Shown here: one piece after another, positions 20,916-31,433 of the stretch | Layout of the letters: every line of letters begins with the position of its first letter | How positions within the stretch are numbered: the stretch's first letter is position 1 | Assembly: GCA_024695405.1 (NCBI GenBank) | Contig: JAILIF010000030.1 | Location: forward strand, 1 to 57,411 | Direction: 5' to 3' | Length of the DNA: 57,411 nucleotides | Source of the DNA: Bacilli bacterium | GTDB taxonomy: Bacteria; Bacillota_I; Bacilli_A; RFN20; CAG-826 | Program-made: the position numbers and the translations under genes | The notes under the pieces: model-generated | The model's database searches: none | The model's input: only the letters and a program-made list of their open reading frames with translations | What the model was told of the DNA's origin: nothing

Positions 20916-20996
20916 GTTATTGATTTAACCTACATTTGAATATAATTAAATCCACCGATTTTCAATCATTCAGTAGCTTTTTTTCACTTACTTATT

Positions 20997-21413
20997 TCAC
21001 TCTTGTTGGGAGTTACTTTTTACTATTGAAATAATATAAAACAAGAGGCCAAATAGAAGCAACGTTCCACCTACTACACTATAGATAATTATGTGAATAT
21101 CTCTAGTCGTTCCGTATATTTCTAAGAAGCCTTTAAAATAACATCCAACAGTGAGTGTAGCAACACCAGAATTATAGAGATTTGAACATATTGAATTTGG
21201 GCCTTTTTTTGTCTTTGATAAAGTTATGATTAAGTATGGCATTAATCCTAGTGTTAGAGGCACTAAAAATCCAAGCAACATAAACCAGGAAATTACACCA
21301 TGAGCCCTAGTCTCGTATATATATCCAAATAGCATGCAGAAAACAACTACACCACAGTAGATGAAAAGGTTTCTTATTACATTCTTTCTATTATTATTTA
21401 AAGAGAATAGCAT
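20997..21413 (-). CDS. Small 4-TM membrane protein
   Basis: Hydrophobic; YETRAHGV and LYNSGVATLTVG motifs; overlaps the upstream gene. Confidence 0.7.
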   Translation of the reverse strand: MLFSLNNNRKNVIRNLFIYCGVVVFCMLFGYIYETRAHGVISWFMLLGFLVPLTLGLMPYLIITLSKTKKGPNSICSNLYNSGVATLTVGCYFKGFLEIYGTTRDIHIIIYSVVGGTLLLFGLLFYIISIVKSNSQQE

Positions 21414-22356
21414 CGCCGATTTCCCTTTCTTCTATTTCGCCATTTTCAGCCTTAGGTCTATTTAGTACTTCTCCTCTGAACCACATTGTTGCGGATCCAC
21501 CACCATCAAGGTTATAAGCTACTTTAACGCCTTTACTATGAATAAATTCAGCAGCCTCATATAAACTCTGGCCGTATGAATCAGGAAGCCTGCCCTCGCT
21601 TATAGTTATAAAGTAATGCAAAGGTTCAATTATTCCTATAACGCTTCTTTGATTTCCATAATTTTGTGCAATTCCAGTACTAACTTCAGAATTATTTTCT
21701 ACAACAATCTTATAGTCATTAACTAATGCTGGACCAAACGAAAATACCTGCCATGGCTTTTTCGGACTAGACATTATGCTATTTAATGGAGTTTTAGTTT
21801 CTTCTATTATTTCAAAGGATCCATCATTCCAAATCACTAAATCCTCATCACCAAGATTCTTGCTTCTTGAACTGTCCCTAAAAGCCTCTCCATTTCTTAC
21901 AACATAACCGTATTCGCGTCCTGCATAATTATCACCGCTTATTGCAAATACTGCATTACCATCGCTTGCAATTTTAGATGTTTTATTATAAATGTTACGG
22001 CCAAAAGTAATCTTACCTTCTTTATTAGAAGCAAACCTTCCTAATAAGTGTTCTACATCGATAATTCGAACATCAGCACAAAATACTATAGTATCAACTA
22101 GTTTATTCTTTTTATCTTTGGTTTTAACAATTTCTTTATAAATCTTTATTTCAAGAGCACTAGACTTGTAATAACGTAAATATTCGTTGTTTTCCGTTAT
22201 AATTTCATCGTTTTCATTTTCAGGAAGCTTATCACCATATTTATCTTCAACAATAATTTGGTTTGAGTCAGGTATTATTAAGGTGTCTAAAACAGAATAA
22301 ACTGCATAACACGATAGGCCTATACCAAACACCAAAGGGAAAACAAACTTTTTCAT
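21394..22356 (-). CDS. Phosphodiester glycosidase (NAGPA/EpsL-like) family protein
   Basis: N-terminal anchor, AVFAISGD, SFGPALV, AYNLDGGGSATM. Confidence 0.85.
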   Translation of the reverse strand: MKKFVFPLVFGIGLSCYAVYSVLDTLIIPDSNQIIVEDKYGDKLPENENDEIITENNEYLRYYKSSALEIKIYKEIVKTKDKKNKLVDTIVFCADVRIIDVEHLLGRFASNKEGKITFGRNIYNKTSKIASDGNAVFAISGDNYAGREYGYVVRNGEAFRDSSRSKNLGDEDLVIWNDGSFEIIEETKTPLNSIMSSPKKPWQVFSFGPALVNDYKIVVENNSEVSTGIAQNYGNQRSVIGIIEPLHYFITISEGRLPDSYGQSLYEAAEFIHSKGVKVAYNLDGGGSATMWFRGEVLNRPKAENGEIEEREIGDAILFK

Positions 22357-23399
22357 TCAACTTTTCTTTTTGCTCTTATAACAATAATCTTTTGAACGAT
22401 ATAAGAGGCAACAAACAATATAGCTTCAACTAATAGCTTAGCAACCATGTTGTTCCATCCAGCTACATCAACCAATAACGCAACAAATGCGGTATTTAAC
22501 CCCATGTTTACACCTGCAAGTATAAAATACTTAATCGCATATTTCAGTGTCTTACCTCGCTTAAGTTTAAACACAAAGAACATGTTAATTGTAAAGTTAA
22601 CAACTGAGGCAACAATTCTAGCAATTATGTTAGCCACAATTGTTTTTAGCGCCATATCGTCAGGGAAGATAGCACACAAAAGCGCAAATAAGCCGAAATC
22701 AACTAAAAAGCCAATTATAGAAGACATAGCAAACTTCATAAATTGTTTAAAGATTCTTAAAGAATCTCTTAAAGGATTGTAATGACTTCTAGAATTATTG
22801 TCTAAATAAATCGTTGCAATAGGAACTTCAATAATAGGAATTCTTTCACGAGACAAATAAAGAATCATATTTGTTTCGTATTCATAACGGTTTCCTTCGA
22901 TTTCTAATAAATTTTCAATGTTTTTATATGTAAAAGCTCTTAAACCAGTTTGAGTATCATAGATGTTATTACCAGTAGATAATCGCATAAGAGTTCTAGC
23001 AACAAAATTACCAAATACAGATTTCTTTTGATCGGTTTGTTTAAAGTTTCTACTTCCAAGAATTAAACAATCTGGCTGTTTTTCTGCTTTTTGTATAACT
23101 TTTAAAGCGTCTTCATATGTATGTTGACCATCGCCATCAATAGTTACAACAGCGTATTCTTTATCCTTAAAAGCTTCTTGTATATATTTAAGACCTGTTT
23201 TTAAAGCAGCGCCTTTACCTCTATTTGTATTATGTCTTAAAACTGTGCATGCTTTCGGAATCATGTTAAAAACAGAATCATATTCAGGTCCACTTCCATC
23301 GTTAACAACGACAATATGAAAAGATTGCATACATCTTAAAACAGTCTTAACAAGTAAGTCATCTGGTTGATAAGAAGGGATAAGTGCGATGTATTCCAT
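22353..23399 (-). CDS. Glycosyltransferase family 2 fused to GtrA flippase-like domain
   Basis: VVNDGS, NRGKGAALK, DGDGQH, DTQTGLR; C-terminal 4-TM GtrA domain. Confidence 0.92.
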   Translation of the reverse strand: MEYIALIPSYQPDDLLVKTVLRCMQSFHIVVVNDGSGPEYDSVFNMIPKACTVLRHNTNRGKGAALKTGLKYIQEAFKDKEYAVVTIDGDGQHTYEDALKVIQKAEKQPDCLILGSRNFKQTDQKKSVFGNFVARTLMRLSTGNNIYDTQTGLRAFTYKNIENLLEIEGNRYEYETNMILYLSRERIPIIEVPIATIYLDNNSRSHYNPLRDSLRIFKQFMKFAMSSIIGFLVDFGLFALLCAIFPDDMALKTIVANIIARIVASVVNFTINMFFVFKLKRGKTLKYAIKYFILAGVNMGLNTAFVALLVDVAGWNNMVAKLLVEAILFVASYIVQKIIVIRAKRKVE

Positions 23400-23498
23400 G
23401 TTTTCCTCTTGCTTAAATTACATAAATTATATTTATTTAACGCAAAAATGTATAGAAAAAATAAAAGAAAAAAAAGAACCCTAAGGATTCTTTTCATA

Positions 23499-23843
23499 TT
23501 AATATTTGTTATCAGTTTTTATTCTTTTCGCAAATTCTTCATCACTTTCAAGTAGCATCATAATTCCTTGAACGATGCCGATAATCCAAGGAATTCCTGT
23601 CCAGAAGAATATTGCAGAAATAATGCCAAGATTTTTATTTCCTAAATAGAAATGCTGAATTCCAAATTCGCCAAGAAAAAGTGCTAGTAATGCAGCAATA
23701 ATTTTATTCTTTCCGTTAACATTTTCACCGAAAATGGATTCAATAGTACTTTCTTCATTTTTTAAAGGTGCAACTTGTTTCCCACAGTGAGGGCAAACAA
23801 CACAATCATCATCGATTTCTGCACCACAAAACTTACAATACAT
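23499..23843 (-). CDS. Zinc-ribbon plus TM2 domain protein
   Basis: CKFCG...CPHCG; KIIAALLALFLGEFGIQHFYLG. Confidence 0.88.
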   Translation of the reverse strand: MYCKFCGAEIDDDCVVCPHCGKQVAPLKNEESTIESIFGENVNGKNKIIAALLALFLGEFGIQHFYLGNKNLGIISAIFFWTGIPWIIGIVQGIMMLLESDEEFAKRIKTDNKY

Positions 23844-23888
23844 AACAACAACTCCTTAAATTTATTTAAAAATAAATCGTAAACTATT

Positions 23889-24653
23889 TTATAGAATTCT
23901 TGCTCTCTTATCTCTAAATAGTAGTAAGACTGTTACGATGTACGCAACAACTGCAACACCAGCAGCAATTACAGGGAAGAAGTTTGGAACCCCCAATACC
24001 ATTCCTTGAATAAATACAAGTGCATTTCCAGCAAGCAATAAGCCAAGGAATACTACATTGTTGACGTGTTTATATCTTTCTTCGCTAAAGAGGAATAGCA
24101 TCATGATTGTGAAAGTAACAACTAATCCGCCACTTGTCAAAGCTTCAAAGACTAAATAAATTTTTCTACCATATGAATCGACATTTGTTACATTGTGAAC
24201 TAGTGGAATTGCCATTCCGAACGCAATAAAGTAAATAAACGAAGCAATTGTAGAACCCACAGCTTCTTTTTTATGCATGATTTCAATGAATTTGGTGAAG
24301 CATGCAACAAACAAGAAAATATATGCAATGAATTGAATGATAATTTGTGACTCAGGAGTATCAAGCATACCAGCAACAAGAAGAACACCAGCATCAATAA
24401 TCATTAGTTTACTATTAGCGCCAATACCATTTGCAAGAATCTTTCCAATAATTCTTAGGAAAATAACTAAAGCCAAGAATAAGCAAAAAGTTGTTAGACC
24501 GAAACTATAGATATTAAAAGCGCCTTTAAGGTAAACCTTAGCGAATCCATATTTAGTCAAACTAGAGACAATGGAATAAACACGTTCTAAAAACAAAATT
24601 AGAAAATAACCGCCAAAGCCTGTTAACATCAAAATATTATGCTTTTTCTCCAT
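23889..24653 (-). CDS. Hypothetical polytopic membrane protein
   Basis: About 8 hydrophobic segments in 254 aa. Confidence 0.7.
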   Translation of the reverse strand: MEKKHNILMLTGFGGYFLILFLERVYSIVSSLTKYGFAKVYLKGAFNIYSFGLTTFCLFLALVIFLRIIGKILANGIGANSKLMIIDAGVLLVAGMLDTPESQIIIQFIAYIFLFVACFTKFIEIMHKKEAVGSTIASFIYFIAFGMAIPLVHNVTNVDSYGRKIYLVFEALTSGGLVVTFTIMMLFLFSEERYKHVNNVVFLGLLLAGNALVFIQGMVLGVPNFFPVIAAGVAVVAYIVTVLLLFRDKRARIL

Positions 24654-24811
24654 AATAATTTCTCCTTATTACTCTTAATCACTTCTTATAATAAGAAACA
24701 ACTATAAAAAAGTCAAAAAATTATTGTTATAATTTGAAATATGCAGTTATATTCCTGTGTAGAAACACAAAATATATGTCAAAATTTGTTGTTTTAAAGA
24801 AATATCAAAAA

Positions 24812-27190
24812 CTAAACCATTTCAAAGCTTACAAAAATATAATCCTCGTAAGTAGCCGATGTGTAATATAGACAAGGAATAACGTAATAAAGGTCGCATA
24901 TCAAATCAGTATACAAAAGAGCTTGATTGTTATCTCCTCCATCATCGTTCTTAAGTGAAAGTTCGTCGGTACATGGATTGACAAAATACAAATATGTATC
25001 AACATATGCTCCGTCATAACCAGTATTAATTTTGTATCTTCCTTTATTATTAATTCTCACTACAAATGGATTTACACTATCCTTTATATGTCTAAAATGA
25101 CTCTCGTGTCCAGAAGAAGAAACTTCTATTTTATTAAAGAAACTCTGATATGTTTGTTCAGAGCCAATTCCATAACGCTGATTAATTTGTGTTATTGATA
25201 TTTTTGTATATCCATATTCACTTTCGTTATAAAAATTAACGATTAATGAGTATTTTACGTTAGGAAATAAGTCTGAAACTATAAAGGCATTATAAGAATA
25301 TCCACCATCGTCGTTTGATGCCACTAGATTTCCATTCCAATCATATAATTCAAAATATGTATCTTTATTTCCAAAGGATTGTATGACCTTTTTTCCAGAT
25401 TTCTCAAACGTAATTTCTACATTTGCTTTCTGTCCTGGCAACAAAGAAATTCTCTTTTCGTAATACCTGTTAGCGGCAACACTAGCAACCGAAACTGCAG
25501 TGTTATATGTGGCATCACATCTTCCACTAAAAGAAGCAATATTTTCTTTTGATAAAATTTGACCATGGTTAAAATATTTTTGATTGTTATATATATAAAA
25601 ATAACTTATCCATTCTTTTTCTACCTTTAATCCCTTTAAAAGAAATGCGGCTAGTCCAGAAAATCTTTCATAATAATATGCTTTATCTATGTAACTACTT
25701 GGTGCAATGCGCTGCACATTTATAAAATTAGGGCACCCATTAATGTCAATGCTATTACTTAAACTATCAGGAATACAAATAACTTTTTCTATGCCAGTCA
25801 AATTAAAAAATCTAATTGTCACACTATTATCTTCATAACTTGCAACTGAGCAGGTTACACCATCTTTTATTTGGTTAATTTGAACAGTCATGGTAAGAAG
25901 AAAATCTGAAGCCAAGTCATCTTTTGTTTTAAAATTGGTGCAATACGTAATGTAGGTAGTACTTTTTCCATTTTCAAGCCAATTATAGCGAAAACTTATA
26001 TACTCATCTTTATTTGTTTCAACACATACACGCCTGGTCGAAAACGGACCAATAGAAATGCCGGAAAAGCTAAGAGAACTACCACACCATTGCGATGCAG
26101 CAAGGCGGTTCGTTGAAACGGTTGTATATGTTAAATTGACAGGATATTTATTCGGATTTGTAATTTCTATGTTCGCAACAAATTTTTTATTTCCATTGCT
26201 AATTTTACTGAGATAATCGAGCTTAGCATAGACATTATTTTGAACTGGCATTAGCAAACTACTTTTCAAAAAATCCGAAGGCAAAGCATTAACTAGATTG
26301 TCCAAAATACTTATACCCGCATATTTAAACGCAGCATTAACCAATTCCGAACAAAACCAATCTTCGGAATTATTGCTCAAATGTGGACTACGCAAAAAAT
26401 CAAAAGTATATGGTTTCCCAACTTGTCGTTTAATAAAAGGGGACACAACGTTTTTAATTTTATTAACGTAATCATTACTTACGTTGTAGTTTCCGCTTGA
26501 TTTTGGTCTTAAAATAACGCATCCGTAATCGACCATTCTACCATCATCTAGGAAGCCATACATTACGCCTCTACCAACAGCATCAACAGTTCTAATAAAG
26601 GAATTAGGCGAAATCGGATTTCCAAAAATTTTAGCATCACACTTTCTATCTACATCTAAAACATATCCAACATGTCCTATATTTCCCAAAATAGTGTTTG
26701 TTTCAACGACAATGTCGCCTTCCTTGATAAAAGAATAGTCAAAATTATAATGCAAATCTCTATGGAAAGCTATTTCAGGAATAGAATTGCAATGGTCGAA
26801 TTCATAGTGTCTTTCAGATCGAAAATATAATCCTTTTAAAATGTAATCGGCCTCCATTAGTTTATTAACACCATCACCGCCATAAGCTTCATCTGAAATG
26901 GCGCTTGATTTTTGAATAACCGAATTGGTGTACTCTACCAAATTTCTCGAATTTGACTCATAATATCCATTTTTAAAATTTTCAAAAGATTCAATTTTGC
27001 TATTATTATTTTTCGTTTCCTCTGCAGCAACAGAATAATATTTTTCAAAAACATCATCGTAAGAAACCACAGAATAATAATCATTTTCAAACTGTTCTTG
27101 TGCAGAGCACGCACTAGTATGTTGGTTATTTTCAAATCCAAAAACAACCATCAAAACAGCAATTGAAACAAATGCTTTCTTTAGTATCAT
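24812..27190 (-). CDS. Secreted permuted papain-like (YiiX/YebB, C92-like) protein with C-terminal PPC-like domains
   Basis: Signal peptide; EGDIV..GHVG..QVGKPY..WFCSELV (His before Cys); two DTY...NDDGG repeats. Confidence 0.7.
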   Translation of the reverse strand: MILKKAFVSIAVLMVVFGFENNQHTSACSAQEQFENDYYSVVSYDDVFEKYYSVAAEETKNNNSKIESFENFKNGYYESNSRNLVEYTNSVIQKSSAISDEAYGGDGVNKLMEADYILKGLYFRSERHYEFDHCNSIPEIAFHRDLHYNFDYSFIKEGDIVVETNTILGNIGHVGYVLDVDRKCDAKIFGNPISPNSFIRTVDAVGRGVMYGFLDDGRMVDYGCVILRPKSSGNYNVSNDYVNKIKNVVSPFIKRQVGKPYTFDFLRSPHLSNNSEDWFCSELVNAAFKYAGISILDNLVNALPSDFLKSSLLMPVQNNVYAKLDYLSKISNGNKKFVANIEITNPNKYPVNLTYTTVSTNRLAASQWCGSSLSFSGISIGPFSTRRVCVETNKDEYISFRYNWLENGKSTTYITYCTNFKTKDDLASDFLLTMTVQINQIKDGVTCSVASYEDNSVTIRFFNLTGIEKVICIPDSLSNSIDINGCPNFINVQRIAPSSYIDKAYYYERFSGLAAFLLKGLKVEKEWISYFYIYNNQKYFNHGQILSKENIASFSGRCDATYNTAVSVASVAANRYYEKRISLLPGQKANVEITFEKSGKKVIQSFGNKDTYFELYDWNGNLVASNDDGGYSYNAFIVSDLFPNVKYSLIVNFYNESEYGYTKISITQINQRYGIGSEQTYQSFFNKIEVSSSGHESHFRHIKDSVNPFVVRINNKGRYKINTGYDGAYVDTYLYFVNPCTDELSLKNDDGGDNNQALLYTDLICDLYYVIPCLYYTSATYEDYIFVSFEMV

Positions 27191-27397
27191 ATAAAACCCT
27201 CCCCAAAAGCTAAAATAATTATATAAAAACGATTAACCGTTTACATCATTTTTTTAACTAAAAGTCTTCCTAATTAGAAACAATTTTGCTTTTTGTACGT
27301 GCTCTAAAAAGAAGAAAAAAATAGAGCCAAAAGTACATAACAATAGATTGAAGATTTTTATTTCAGGTTATTTGGACTAAAATCACTCTTTTAAAAA

Positions 27398-30300
27398 TTA
27401 TAAAGCCCTGATAGATTCTACAGGTGGTCTTCTAGAAGCTTTAATAACAGGCAATAACGTTCCAATAATAGAAACAACAATCGCCACTCCTAAAACTATA
27501 GCAACGTTTATTACTCCGAATTCAAAAAGCTGTAATCTAAATGCGTTTTCATTTTCTGCAAGTTTATTGTTTAAAATTACACAAGTAACGCCACTTAGCA
27601 CTGACGAAATGGCGAAACAAATAAGTGCAATAATACCAGATTCAGAGAAGAAGATTTTAAATACATCGCTTCCCCTAGCACCAACTGCTCTAAGAATACC
27701 GATTTCCTTTTGTTTTGAAGATATGGATGTAGATATCAAATTAAGAAGCATTAAAGCGCTAAATACAGCCATTGAAGATCCAATGATAAGGAAAACCAAT
27801 TTTAGTTCTCCTAAAAATCCTGTAACAAAATCAATAGTTTCTGAGACCTTATTGTCTAATTTATAGAAAGATTCATCAGGAAATTCTTGAAGCATATACT
27901 TTAATTGTTCTGAAGTTTTATCGCTTAAGGAAATTAAGTAACTATATTGAGCGTTACTATCGATAACATAATTTGTTTTTTCGACATATCTCCAACTATA
28001 GTCTCCATTATATGGATTTGGTAAGGCTTTATCCTTCCATTCGTCAGCAATCATAATCTCATCATACGAATTGAGCATATCATCAACAATGTAGAACCCA
28101 GCAATATTTAAACCTTGTGAAGATCCATTTTTAGATGTAATGCCATAAGGAGAACTATATTTTATAGACCCATCAAAAGAATTTTTAACGTAATAGCTTT
28201 CTAATGCGCCTATCACAGCTTTAATTTCTGTTGTTGTTAATGGCTCAGATGCAATTTCTTCAATATCCAAATTTGGATAGGAAGGTTTTATATTGTCAAG
28301 TACGTAACCATCTTTAGCTGCTGTTATTAACTTAATTAAACCATGCAAAGCGACTTCTGCATTAGGAAGGCTTTCAACATAATAAATTGATTTGCCCGCC
28401 TCATCGTAATTCATGTTAACGAATCCTATTTCACTGAAGTCATAATGGAAAGAATATATCTCATTATTGTTTTCATCAACACGAGAATAAGCACTTGTAA
28501 CTAATTCTCCGATAATTATATTCCCTTTAGTATCTTTATAGTACTTATCAGTTAATACTGAACCTGCTTGTTTTTTGAAGCTTAGTGCTCCAGTAGTTGG
28601 ATTAACAAACAATCCTTTACACAAATAAGTATTGTCTTTCTTAATAGTCTGAACTTTTCCATTATTGTCAAAGCAATAAGTTGAGATTTTATTTAATTCA
28701 ACACTGTTATCGCTTTTTAAAACATACCTTGTTTTTCCATCTAATTCATAAATAGATTTTACTTGGTCTTCTAAATAAGGCGTATCTGTAGTTGGATCGT
28801 AATAAAGATCTGTCAAATTAATGGTTTTAAAAGAGCCGTTATATGTTCCAATAAACTCTTTATCCATGTTAAACCAACAAAGAGTTTGATTATCATAGCC
28901 TGTTTCAGGTTCAAGTTTTGCATCACTATAATCACTATTTGCATAGCCAAAATCTGCAAACGCTATTGGATTCATATCATCATCAATGATAATTCCGTTA
29001 CCATCAATTCTTTCAAAACCATCTTCTTCCTTAAATTTGATTTCTTTTGTCGAATAATTTATAAAAATTTCTTCAAATGTATAAGAACCATAGTATGGCT
29101 CATACCAAGATAATTCACCATTTCTATCATATCGCCCGTTCATCTGTCCCGTTGAACAATTAGCCATTTCTGATATTGCGTTTCTAAACGAACTAGCTCT
29201 TACATTAATGTAAGCTTCATTCAATGTTAAGAAAGGAACAGATGCCAAAGCATTTCCATTGACATCATAGAATTTAAAATAATCTTTATAAGAATTTACT
29301 GAAGAAACAGTTAAAGCAGACATACAATCGGAATCATACACAGGATAATAACTAGATTTATCATCCGCATTGTTAAATGATTGATAACTATATGGATCTA
29401 ACAATCTTAAACCATAGAACGTTTCATTGCTTATTGACATTCTGTTATAGCTATTTGTAGGCATTAAATATGTTTTGTTATGATCAAAGAATGATTTTGA
29501 AATATAACCTAATGAAGAATAGCTTGAACGATATACATCATTAAAACTGTTTAAAACTTCGTTATATTCATTATCAGAAACGCTTGTGCGATCTTTTTCT
29601 TTTAAAATATCAAATTTTGCATTATTTAAAGCGTTATCTAATTTGTAGATTCCAGAAATCTTAAATTCAAAAGTCTTACTAGCTCCAGTCATTTGATTAT
29701 TTAAATACGCTCTTACTTTTTTGTTAATCAAATCATTCGGATTATTTATTTCAACTGTAACTCCAGTGTCATAATCGCGGTAATTACACTCTTTGAATAT
29801 TTCGTAAGTATATTCACTAATTGCCATTTCATTATCATCTATTGGATAATGCCCAGCAATGTTGCTGAAGCCATTTTGTCTTAAAAGATAGTCTTCTCCG
29901 CAATCGCTTAATCCTCTTAGACAACTATTTTTATAAAAATCATAATCTGATTGAATATTCAAAAATTGGGTTAAATCAAATTGCTTGTCATAAATGCCAG
30001 CAAAATCTAATCCTAATGATTCGTTGTTTAATTTTGCAATATCTTCTTTAGAAATATTTGTATCTCTATCATCTATTCTTTCATCTCTAACTTCTTCTTT
30101 GCCGTTTTTATCTGTTCTATATTCAGTGGTATGAACGTTATACATTTTCTTTAACACCAAAGATTCATATACTTCTTCTTGCAAGCCTTTGGCTTGTGAA
30201 AAGCCAGGATTATATAACATCAATGTAGATAAAACCCCAAACATTGTAAAAGCAACAATACATAAAAACATTGTGAAAATTAATCTTCCCGGTTTTATCT

Positions 30301-31303
30301 TTAAGTTTGACGCTCCCATTTTTAAAGCATGTCTGGCAGGGAGTTTAGATTTAATGAATTTAGTTTCTTTTCCATCATATGATTTGATATCAATTTTCTT
30401 TAAATCAGTATCTTTAAAACACTGTTGAGCACCATCATCACTTATCTTTGCAATCTTTTTAAAAGTTGTGACGTTATTTTCGTTATTAGAGATGATTATT
30501 TCACCTCTTCCCTTAATAGATTTAAGAACTTCTTTAAAATCTTCCTCTGTTAAACTAGCACCATCTTTAATTTGAATTGTGCCATCTCCAACTTTTTTAA
30601 TATTGCTAGATAATAGTTCTGCTTGAGCAAAGCTCTTTGTATGGTCACTTAATATCTTCCCATCTTTAAGTTCAATAATACGGTCAGCATATTCTTCTGC
30701 GAAGTCTCTATCGTGAGAAACAATAATAACTAATTTAGTTTCAGATAATTTCTTAAGTGTATCTAATACTTGTTTACCTGTATTTGAATCAAGAGCACCA
30801 GTTGGTTCATCTGCCATAATGATTTCAGGATTCTTAATAAGAGCTCTTGCAATAGCAATTCTTTGTTTTTGACCACCTGAAAGAGTATTTGGCTTTCTCT
30901 TACCCATTCCTTCAAGATCAACTTTCTTTAGTAAATCTTCTACTTCTTTCTTATCGTTTTTCTTACCTTGAAGTTCAAGGGCAAGAGCAATATTAGTTTC
31001 AATATTAAATTCATTCAAGATGTTATATTCTTGGAAAACGAATCCAACAAATGTGTTTCTATATGAATCGAAATCTGATTGAGTAAAATCCTTAGATGAC
31101 TTTCCTTTAACAATGATTTCACCTGAATCAGGTCTATCAAGACCACCAGAAACATTTAGTAAAGTAGATTTACCTGATCCTGATTTACCAAGTAAAAACA
31201 CCATTCCTGTTTCAGGGAATTGGATAGACACTCCGTCTAGAGCATGTACTTCAACTCCGCCTTTGGTTTTGTAGTACTTCTTCAAATCACGTACTTCTAA
31301 CAT
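27398..31303 (-). CDS. Fused ABC ATPase / MacB-FtsX-like permease with very large extracellular domain
   Basis: GKSGSGKST, LSGGQKQR, MADEPTGALD; TM near aa 345; C-terminal KEIGILRAVGA plus 3 TMs. Confidence 0.9.
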   Translation of the reverse strand: MLEVRDLKKYYKTKGGVEVHALDGVSIQFPETGMVFLLGKSGSGKSTLLNVSGGLDRPDSGEIIVKGKSSKDFTQSDFDSYRNTFVGFVFQEYNILNEFNIETNIALALELQGKKNDKKEVEDLLKKVDLEGMGKRKPNTLSGGQKQRIAIARALIKNPEIIMADEPTGALDSNTGKQVLDTLKKLSETKLVIIVSHDRDFAEEYADRIIELKDGKILSDHTKSFAQAELLSSNIKKVGDGTIQIKDGASLTEEDFKEVLKSIKGRGEIIISNNENNVTTFKKIAKISDDGAQQCFKDTDLKKIDIKSYDGKETKFIKSKLPARHALKMGASNLKIKPGRLIFTMFLCIVAFTMFGVLSTLMLYNPGFSQAKGLQEEVYESLVLKKMYNVHTTEYRTDKNGKEEVRDERIDDRDTNISKEDIAKLNNESLGLDFAGIYDKQFDLTQFLNIQSDYDFYKNSCLRGLSDCGEDYLLRQNGFSNIAGHYPIDDNEMAISEYTYEIFKECNYRDYDTGVTVEINNPNDLINKKVRAYLNNQMTGASKTFEFKISGIYKLDNALNNAKFDILKEKDRTSVSDNEYNEVLNSFNDVYRSSYSSLGYISKSFFDHNKTYLMPTNSYNRMSISNETFYGLRLLDPYSYQSFNNADDKSSYYPVYDSDCMSALTVSSVNSYKDYFKFYDVNGNALASVPFLTLNEAYINVRASSFRNAISEMANCSTGQMNGRYDRNGELSWYEPYYGSYTFEEIFINYSTKEIKFKEEDGFERIDGNGIIIDDDMNPIAFADFGYANSDYSDAKLEPETGYDNQTLCWFNMDKEFIGTYNGSFKTINLTDLYYDPTTDTPYLEDQVKSIYELDGKTRYVLKSDNSVELNKISTYCFDNNGKVQTIKKDNTYLCKGLFVNPTTGALSFKKQAGSVLTDKYYKDTKGNIIIGELVTSAYSRVDENNNEIYSFHYDFSEIGFVNMNYDEAGKSIYYVESLPNAEVALHGLIKLITAAKDGYVLDNIKPSYPNLDIEEIASEPLTTTEIKAVIGALESYYVKNSFDGSIKYSSPYGITSKNGSSQGLNIAGFYIVDDMLNSYDEIMIADEWKDKALPNPYNGDYSWRYVEKTNYVIDSNAQYSYLISLSDKTSEQLKYMLQEFPDESFYKLDNKVSETIDFVTGFLGELKLVFLIIGSSMAVFSALMLLNLISTSISSKQKEIGILRAVGARGSDVFKIFFSESGIIALICFAISSVLSGVTCVILNNKLAENENAFRLQLFEFGVINVAIVLGVAIVVSIIGTLLPVIKASRRPPVESIRAL

Positions 31304-31433
31304 ATGCTGTACCTCTATGCAATTTAGATAAATTTATTATAGTTTATTTTAAATAAAATTAATATAGAAAGCACAATAAAAAGCAAATTATTTGCACATT
31401 TATCAAAAACATATATTCAATTAGGCAAGATAT

